From assembly GCF_009914755.1 (NCBI RefSeq), contig NC_060947.1: a stretch of DNA of 64,000 bases; one strand, given 5' to 3'. Positions 55,179 to 64,000 of this stretch are shown here, piece by piece. The position numbers and the translations under genes were made by a program. This stretch comes from the human T2T-CHM13v2.0 reference genome, Homo sapiens. Positions within the stretch are counted from its first letter, which is position 1. The number at the start of each line of letters is the position of its first letter. Under the pieces are notes generated by a model. That model saw nothing but the letters and a program-made list of their open reading frames with translations, searched no databases and was not told the origin of the DNA.

Positions 55179-57291
55179 CTGAAGAGTTAAAGAAAAGAGT
55201 TTTAGAATATATTATTTGATTTTTTTTCTTTTTTCAGGATCATCTGTTGGGCACTTAAGTCACAGACCAAATCCCATTCCATGTTCCTGAGAACCCGTCC
55301 TTTAAAATACTGCAGAAAAATGGGTTTGCCTGTAGTTTGACAAATTAACTTTTCTTTAAGGAAACAGTAAAATGTGATTTTCCCATTCAGCAAAACTTAG
55401 AAATTCTTTGCATCAAATTTCAGTGAGTTTTATTTTTAGTGTATATGATTGGAATTCTGTTTAATACATAATTTTGAAAAGTCAGCATCTGTTTATATTG
55501 TGTATAAGATAGATCCAGTGTGGACAATGTCATATAAAATGTTAATCTTACAAACCGGTAAAGGCTTCAAGTTTAACTTAAGCCTGTTACTAACTTTGCA
55601 AAATTTTTTAATAAGGTGAGTGACTAGAAAAACCCTAGTTTCTATAGATTTTAATAAACTCAAGTGAGGAAATATATATAAAATGAAGTTTTACCCTTAC
55701 ATGAGTAATAATAGAAGTTTTAAACTGTTATGCAGATCTGTAGAATCCAAGTCAAAGGATAAGTTGTTATTCAGCTTTTGTAAGGAGCAAAGGAATAACT
55801 GTAGGAAGCTTAAAAGCTGTAGACATTTTAGGGAAAGAGGCATAGTGAAATGGACATGAGAGTAATGTAATCTTGACTCAATTTTAACTTTTTAAGCAAT
55901 CATTTGCAAACCCCAATGCTTTAACTAATATTAAAACATGATTATTTCATTCATTTATTTATTCATTGAATAAAAATTATTGGGAGAAAGTGAAGATGGG
56001 AGGTGTGGAGGAGATGTGCAGGAAAGAAAGAGCCTCTATTCTGGGTTGTTGGAGGCTGTCATTTAGTACTTCACATTATTTTTCTTGTTAGACAAGATTA
56101 CACATGTTGGATTGCCTCAGTGGATTGAAATGGAAATTCTATTGAAATATAATGGGTGAAAATAGTTTTTCTTCTATAATGGTTTGCTCTCTTTATCTCA
56201 GTAGCAGTGCAGTCTGTTTTCTCTGTGAGTCTAAGAATGACAGCCTGAGCTTTTCATTAGCCAGGGAACCCTGAGCTTCACTCTAGCAGAGTTCAGGGCA
56301 TTTAAGAAAAAGTATGATTACTTTAACCCAGGTACTTCCCTGCTGTCCATAACACCAGATGCTGACCCTCTGTGCTTCTGTTTCTGTATTCCATCTGTGC
56401 TCTTCATTTTTATTTCTCCCTCTTAGCTTCCAGAACACTTTACGTATAACTTTTTAATGGAATTTATAAATTTTGACCTTGTATTCTAGTTATCTATTTA
56501 CAAGTCTGATCTCCAAAGAGCAGAACAAATTGGCTTCATCTCTTTATTCTCCAGAGTCAGCCACAGAGTCCACACTTAGAAAATGTCTATAAAATGAATT
56601 AATGTTAAATGAATAAGTGGAATTTTTACAGAGGACTCTTCCGGAAAGATGTGTTACATGATGTGTGTTATCTTTAGTTCCACAAACGAGTCTCTACTTT
56701 TTATATAAAAGCTATCTGGTAAAGAGAACCAGGATATTAGAATATGGGATTTTCTCCTGTTGACCTTTTCCTTCGAACATGCTCCCTTTACATCATTTCT
56801 TTTTTTCTTTTTTTTTTTTTTTTTTGGTGGAAGTAGTCTATATATTATTTTGGATAGTGATTACACTTGTCAGAATTCATGAGACTGAAAATATGTGTAT
56901 TGTATATTGTTATATCTCAATTAAAATATTTTAGAAAATAATACAATATAAACATGCAATACAATAAATACAATAATATAATACAATACAGTAAACATAA
57001 TGATATATGTCTCTCTTGATATGGAAAGATGTTCATGGTATAATGTTAAGTAAATTAACTTGGTTAAAAACTCTGGCTACCATAACCCTTTGTGCATATA
57101 TATCAAGGTAGTGAGTTTTTAAATTTTATTCTTTAATGTCTTTCACATTTTTCAACTTATTTTGAATGAGTATTTTACCAATAAAGTATTGTTTACTATA
57201 CAGTAAAAAATTTAAAGTACATCCCCTGCTTATTAAAACTGCAGAAATTATTGAACCATATGAGAAGTTTATTTTTATTTCTATTAAATTA

Positions 57292-57594
<303 letters not shown>

Positions 57595-57623
57595 TCATGA
57601 AAATTTATTTAAAAATGTCTTGG

Positions 57624-57903
57624 GGCCAAGTGCAGTGGCTCACACCTATAATCCCTGTGCTTTGGGAGACCAATGCAGGAGGATCCCCTCAGGCCAGGGG
57701 TTTGAGGACCAGCCTGGGAAATATAGTAAAACCTATCTCTACAAAATTATAAAAATTAGCTAGGCATGGTGGCATGCACCTGTAGGTCCTAGCTACTCAG
57801 GAGTCTGAGGTAGAGTATCACTTGAGCCCGGAGTTTGAGGTTGCAGTGAGCTATGATAGCACCACTGCACTCCAGCCTGAGTGACAAAGGCCCTGTCTCT
57901 AAA
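57624..57903 (+). mobile_element. AluJ-type SINE
   Basis: Diverged dimer. Confidence 0.85.
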
Positions 57904-58240
57904 ATTAATTAATTAATTTAATTTAATAGAAATACATCTTTTCTTATAGATGAACTATCAGTTACATGTTTTGAGTTTCTCATTCTTCATTTTTGGTAAA
58001 TTCTCTGGTTGATTTCTTTTGGAGAGGAACCCATATTAGAACTTGGGGACAAAATGATGAAAAAGGAGAGAGGAAAAGAGCAGGATACAGGAATAGTGTC
58101 CACTAATGAACCCTAGAAAGAGAGGCCATGAACAGCCAGCTCTGTCAACTCAATTTTGCATAGCTCTCAGTTCAATGAGTAGCTGAAATAGATAGGATAG
58201 AGTTACAGTGTGTGAAGAGTAGACAGGAAAATTTCTCTAG

Positions 58241-58762
<522 letters not shown>

Positions 58763-61700
58763 TGTCTTTGGATCTTGAGTGTATCTAAGAGTATCAGCCT
58801 TGGTTCAGTGTCATGGTCCACTCAGATATGACAGCAACAAACACCCAAAGGGGCTTTAGGAGAGCTCTAGGTGGGAGAGAGATGTAGCAGGGGCCTAGAA
58901 CTCAAATACTGGAGGGGGAAGTGATGAGGCAAGGATGGAATGCACTTCAAGATTCTTACCTCCTCCGAAGCCTAAAATGCTGCTGCACTTCAGCTTTGAT
59001 ACTGTCTAGAGGTTTGAAGTGCACTGGACTGTCACTCCTTGCTATAGACCAGGAATTCTCAAATATTCAAATCCCGTGTCTTAGCAATCACTGTCAAGGG
59101 ACTGAGCTCTTAACATGATGGAAACCAAACTCTCTCTCCTATTTTTTTTTTCAACGAACAACACTGATGTGTTTACAGACACTTTGTCAGCATAGTTATG
59201 ATTTTTTGTGAGTTTCAAGAGCAAGATCAATTGCTGAAAAGTTATTGGACATAAATGTAATTGCTACAGAACATCAAAGTAATTTGTTGATAGGCAAGGG
59301 AACCAGAATTGGGAGAAATGTGGGATGTTCGTGCTTAGTCCTAGTGAGCTGAAGGTCACAGATGGAAATTGGGGGTGGGTGTAAGCAGGGTGGTTGGGAA
59401 ACAACACGTGACACTTGCAGATGGGCAAGAGTGTTGAAAAAGGGCCAATGCTAAGTAATGAAAAGGCAGTACACTACAGCAAGTGAGTGCTCAGGCACTG
59501 CCATGGACTCCCAGGATGGCCTTGGGAAAGTTAGCAAAAATATTTGGAACCCATTTTCCTCATGTGTAAAATGGGGAACATAATGCCTGGGATGTGTAGT
59601 AAGTGTTTAATAAATATCACTTAATGTTATTACTATCTTTAATTATTCTAAAATCTTATACTTTTCTACTGCTATAAATCTAAATTCACTAACTATGGTT
59701 GCATATGAGCCCCATTCCAAGGGAGGTTTATTGCTTAAATATAAAAGTAACATAAGGAGGATGGTTTCATCTCCAAGGAACTCTTATAACAAGGGACCTG
59801 AAGACAGATTCCCTGTCAAGTCCCAGCGTAGTTTTTTTTGTGTGTGTGCTTTGGAAGAAGAATGATAGTAACATACTCTTCATAATTAATTAAAAAACTG
59901 GCAATATTTTTCAGTTCTACCTGTCTTTTAGATTTCACAGACTGTTTTAATCTTGATGAAATCCTTTCTAATTGTGGAGTTATAATGATTGACTTCAATG
60001 CCTCTCCTTATTGACTGTGAACTTTGTGAGGACAGAGACTGTGGCATCTTCATCTCTGGATTCTCACACTTGATATTGCTAAGGCTGGCTCGGAGTATGC
60101 ACTTTGTGAATGTATTGGGAATAAATGCAGTACTTCAGCTTTTTGACTTAAGGTGCTTTCATGTGTCCCAGTCCTAGAAGAATTCAGGTTAAGTCTAAGG
60201 GAAATCAAAAGAAGATCTAAAAGAGATAAAAATTTACTGATAGTTCTATCAGTTCTCAGCTAGATTTTTATAAGATGTCAATTTGGAGAAGAGTATGAAT
60301 TTAATGGATTAATAGAACAACAAGGTTGGTATATAGGCACATTCCTAGTGAGCAGAAGGTCACAAATGGATGGAAATTGTGACATAGCTAGAAATGTAAG
60401 GACCATTAACAATAACTTTGGAATTCCCCTCTGAATCCCACAGTAGACCACTCTCATTGGGAAGTGAAGGCTAGCCTTTGAAATAGAGATTGAAGAAATC
60501 AATCAGGGAAAGATAGCACCAGACAATACATCCAGAAGAAAAGCAGAAGCTTTTCTTTTCTTCATATCAGGGGTTTATTGCTTCCTATACAGATTGATTT
60601 CTGTGTTTAATATTAGGACATGCTTTGGGAATAATGAAAAACATTAAGTTCTACAGGCTGATTGAATTCCACTTAAAATCTTACAATTCGTGTTTGTCAC
60701 CTGGATATCTATAGGTCTTATTCACTAGGTTTTATTGTCCAGCTACTGTAACTAGCCGTGATAATGTGTACATTTGAGTAGCAGACTTCAGATTAATTTT
60801 CCTTTTTCAGGAAGTAAAGTCCTGCAAGGATGTCTTGTTATTTTACTGGAAATCAAAGGGATGATGAACTTTCCTTTGCCTGTTGGGGGTGGAGGTAGCC
60901 CTGGACAGTTATAGATAGTGTGAGACAGCACTTTAACCACTAGATGCAAGAAACTTGGAATTGATTTGTCTTGTAAATGCTTCCACAGGCCATTACCCAT
61001 TCTCTAACCCTTTGAAACATCCTTAGACATGATGGGGTTGGTAAACTTCACACAGAATTCACTACGGAAATTAAATATGCTGGATTTCTCTGGAATTATT
61101 TATTCTGTAAAATCCTAGGACTCCTAGGGACCACATCTCTTTGATTTTGGTATTCTAAATTCTCATTTCCTCTATTTTGTCATCTCATTGTATAGGACCA
61201 TATTCTGTCACTGCACTTTGCAAAGAGAAGGGTGAGCTGTTAAGGAAACATAGTTTGTACCAAGTTTTCTATATCATCTTTTGTACTTACATACATTTAA
61301 TTTGATTGAACAAATACCCAATGCTTTGTGTCTGTGGTGCACAGTTCTAGATGTTTTAGGATATAGAAAATGGAATAAGCCTTCCCTGTCCTGAGGAAGC
61401 TTACATTCTAGTGGAAGAATAAGAAAAATGCACATAAAGGGCAAGGTTTAGTAGGGGTAATCCAGGAAGACTTCTTGGAAACAGTGGCATAGGTATATAA
61501 GGAAATCCAGTGTACTTTTTAATTCTTATACCAGACTCTCTGGATTCAAATCTTTGATCTACTACTTACTAGCTGGTTGATCTTGGGCTACCTTTCTGTG
61601 ACTCAGTTTTTTCATCTATAAAGTGAAGATAACATCAGATCATACCTCAAAAAGATCTGAGAATCAAATAAATTACTTGCTGCAGAGGGCTTCAAGCAGG

Positions 61701-62123
61701 GCCTTTCCAGTAGTCTGGGATAATGGGGGACCCAGGGGAAGGCTTTAAGTGGAAGGACAGATCAAGTCAGTGTATAAGATCATATTGGCCGCTGGTTGAG
61801 GATGGACTAGAGGGGGCAAAAATGGAGACCATGGAGGAAGAGGTGGTTGCAGGAATTGAGGTGAAAGGGCCTGAGCTTGAGGCCTGGCATTGAGGATTGG
61901 TAGGAGCAGGCAAGTGTGAGCGATAGTACAGAGATGGGATCCAAGGACAGACAGGCTATGGTTGCTGGTCAGTTGGGCCCAAACCAGGGCAGAGAAGGAA
62001 GAGATGTTATGAAAATTGACTTGGCAACCATCATTTGCAAGAATAGATTGATGATATTCATGCTTGAGTATTTTGTCGTATAACTGGGATTTTCTCTGCT
62101 AATATCCAGGTAAATATGAATAC

Positions 62124-62224
62124 CTGGCTTTCTACTCCTTTCAGAGGATTGTTATACAATAAATGTAGAAATTTAATTCTACCGAATTTTTGTTGTTTCA
62201 ACCAAGGAAGGAGAATGTTGCATT
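62124..62224 (-). other. Candidate exon (E)CNILLPWLKQQKFGRIKFLHLLYNNPLKGVESQ
   Basis: Acceptor ttccctcccttatttatcaacag|, donor cag|gtattc, open frame. Confidence 0.25.
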
Positions 62225-64000
62225 CTGTTGATAAATAAGGGAGGGAAATTAACAAACATTTAATTACCTGCCTGATACTGATCAGCAGAATTCTTACATG
62301 GCTTAGGGATTCTGGAGGAAAGGGTTGTGGGAAGGGCACTCAGTTTGACCATGGAAGAGGAAGCAGATTGCTTTGGGGCTTCATGTACAACCCAGGAAAA
62401 TGCTAGGGGACAGGATGTAGAAGACTGCATCTGAGAGGGTAGCTAGAGAGCTTTCCTGGGCAAGAGTGAATGTGAAGGCTGTTACAAAAGCTTAGGTGGT
62501 GTTGTCCAGAGAATGTAGTGGTTATAAACTGAATTCTAAAGTTTCCCACTTATTCATATACTCACTTTCACATCAGTTGGGCCTCCAAAATAGTTTAGAG
62601 AGCTTTTAGAGTAATCACTTCAGAGTTTAGTAAGAGAGAAAGAAAGTGGGTAGCGTAGCAAGAGAGAGAAAGATCACCTTCCTTGAGAGTTGAAAAGCAC
62701 TACAGAGGAGATGGTGAAGCAAATGTTTACAGACTGATTTTCCAGTGCTGTCAGGTACTAGCTATGTAACTTCAGACAAGCTACTTAAACTCTGAGTCTC
62801 AGTACCCTCATGTGGGAAATGGGAGTAACAGCACCTATCGAACAGGGCTGTTGTAAGGATTAAATGGTGACTGGTGAAATACACAGGACGTAGTATGTAT
62901 GTAGTAATCTCAGTAAATGTTGGTTATTTTGGCTCTACCTCTGCTGCCACTGCCCTACTTCAAGGCCCCAACCTCTCCCAGCTGAACTCCCTGGGTCTTC
63001 TAACTTAAGTGCTTCTCAAAGGTTAGTGTGCATAGACATGGCTTAGAGAACTTGATGCCGTGATGATTCTGATTGTAAATGTCCGGGGCATCCCTAGAAC
63101 TTGCCATCTTCTGTGAAGCTTCTAGTTCGGTATTGATTACTCTCTTGCCCCTTGCCCTGAATCAGTGGATTTATACAGGTGCCAGTCTTCCCCACAAGCC
63201 TGTGTACTGCCAGGGTGTGGCAGGGACAGGAGTTGAATTGCTGAGATTTCAGAACTGGCAGGAACACAGAAGGGTTTTATGGACTTAATTGGAATAAGAC
63301 TGGGATTAATCGTTTAATGGATTGCTGATCTGTTTTAGAGCCTGCAGAAATTTTTGCTGGACCATCTAGAAACTTGAAATATTCTGCCGGAATGTTCAGG
63401 GATGCCAGAAATCTTCTGTTTCTTTAGTATTCCTTATTGTCTCAGACTAAGAGAACATGACATATGAATTCCCAAAAGGGGGAAATCAGTAAGAAACACC
63501 CTTTTAAATCTGACTTTGTTTCTTTACAGATCTGGGTTTGCCTTTTTTTTTTTTTTTTTTGTACCTATCTTTTAGGAACAGGATTAGGATTAGCTGGGTG
63601 AGAGGAGGTGTTCAGCAAACTTTGACCATTTGCATTTTTACAGGTAAGACTCAGCGTTCCCTCATTCATTTATTCATCCACCAAACATTTATTCAACATG
63701 GGTTTTCTACCAGGCACAGTTTAGGGTGCTAGGAATATAATAAGTGACAAAATTGGCCTGACCCTGTTCTCAGAAGGGGCCACAAAATATGCACCTGTGC
63801 TCAGAATGCACCTCAGCTTTGGTCTAGGAAAGACTGGGCATTTTTCCTATGCAGGTATGTGTGTATGTGTGTGTGCGTGCTTCCGTGGAATTGAGTTCAT
63901 TTTCTTCATTGCTTGGATTCCCTCACAACGTTGCTCAGGTCAGGGTCTATGCTTGTGCAGTGAGAGCTTACTGAAAGAACTAAGGTTAGAGAAAAGCACA

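Overview
Repeat-dense, simian-primate (probably human or great-ape) genomic DNA with no intact protein-coding gene that I can recognise. The largest element is a minus-strand HERV9/ERV9 provirus (30504-39636, 4-bp TSD GTTC, tRNA-Arg PBS). Its gag, pro, RT and RNaseH are decayed, integrase and most of env SU are missing, and its 5' LTR12 carries a ~380-bp (G5-9C)n expansion that the 3' LTR lacks. The provirus sits directly beside a CpG-rich, promoter-like region (~39850-40620). Also present: a solo LTR12C (TSD CCAT), an internally deleted L1PA8-like element, a young 5'-truncated L1PA2-like insertion with a hairpin/inversion junction, a truncated MER4-group ERV1 with a tRNA-Ile PBS, MaLR LTRs, a Tigger4-like transposon, old L1M/L2/MIR fragments and more than 20 Alus. 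A 268-bp piece of the ERV1 LTR is copied 5.3 kb downstream, fused to a truncated Alu. Several non-repeat segments look like exons (a possible plus-strand 3' gene end near 0.5-3.2 kb; possible decayed minus-strand exons at 28.7, 47-48, 54.6-55.2 and 62.1 kb), but I could not assign them to a gene. Subfamily names come from recalled consensus motifs and have not been checked by a search.
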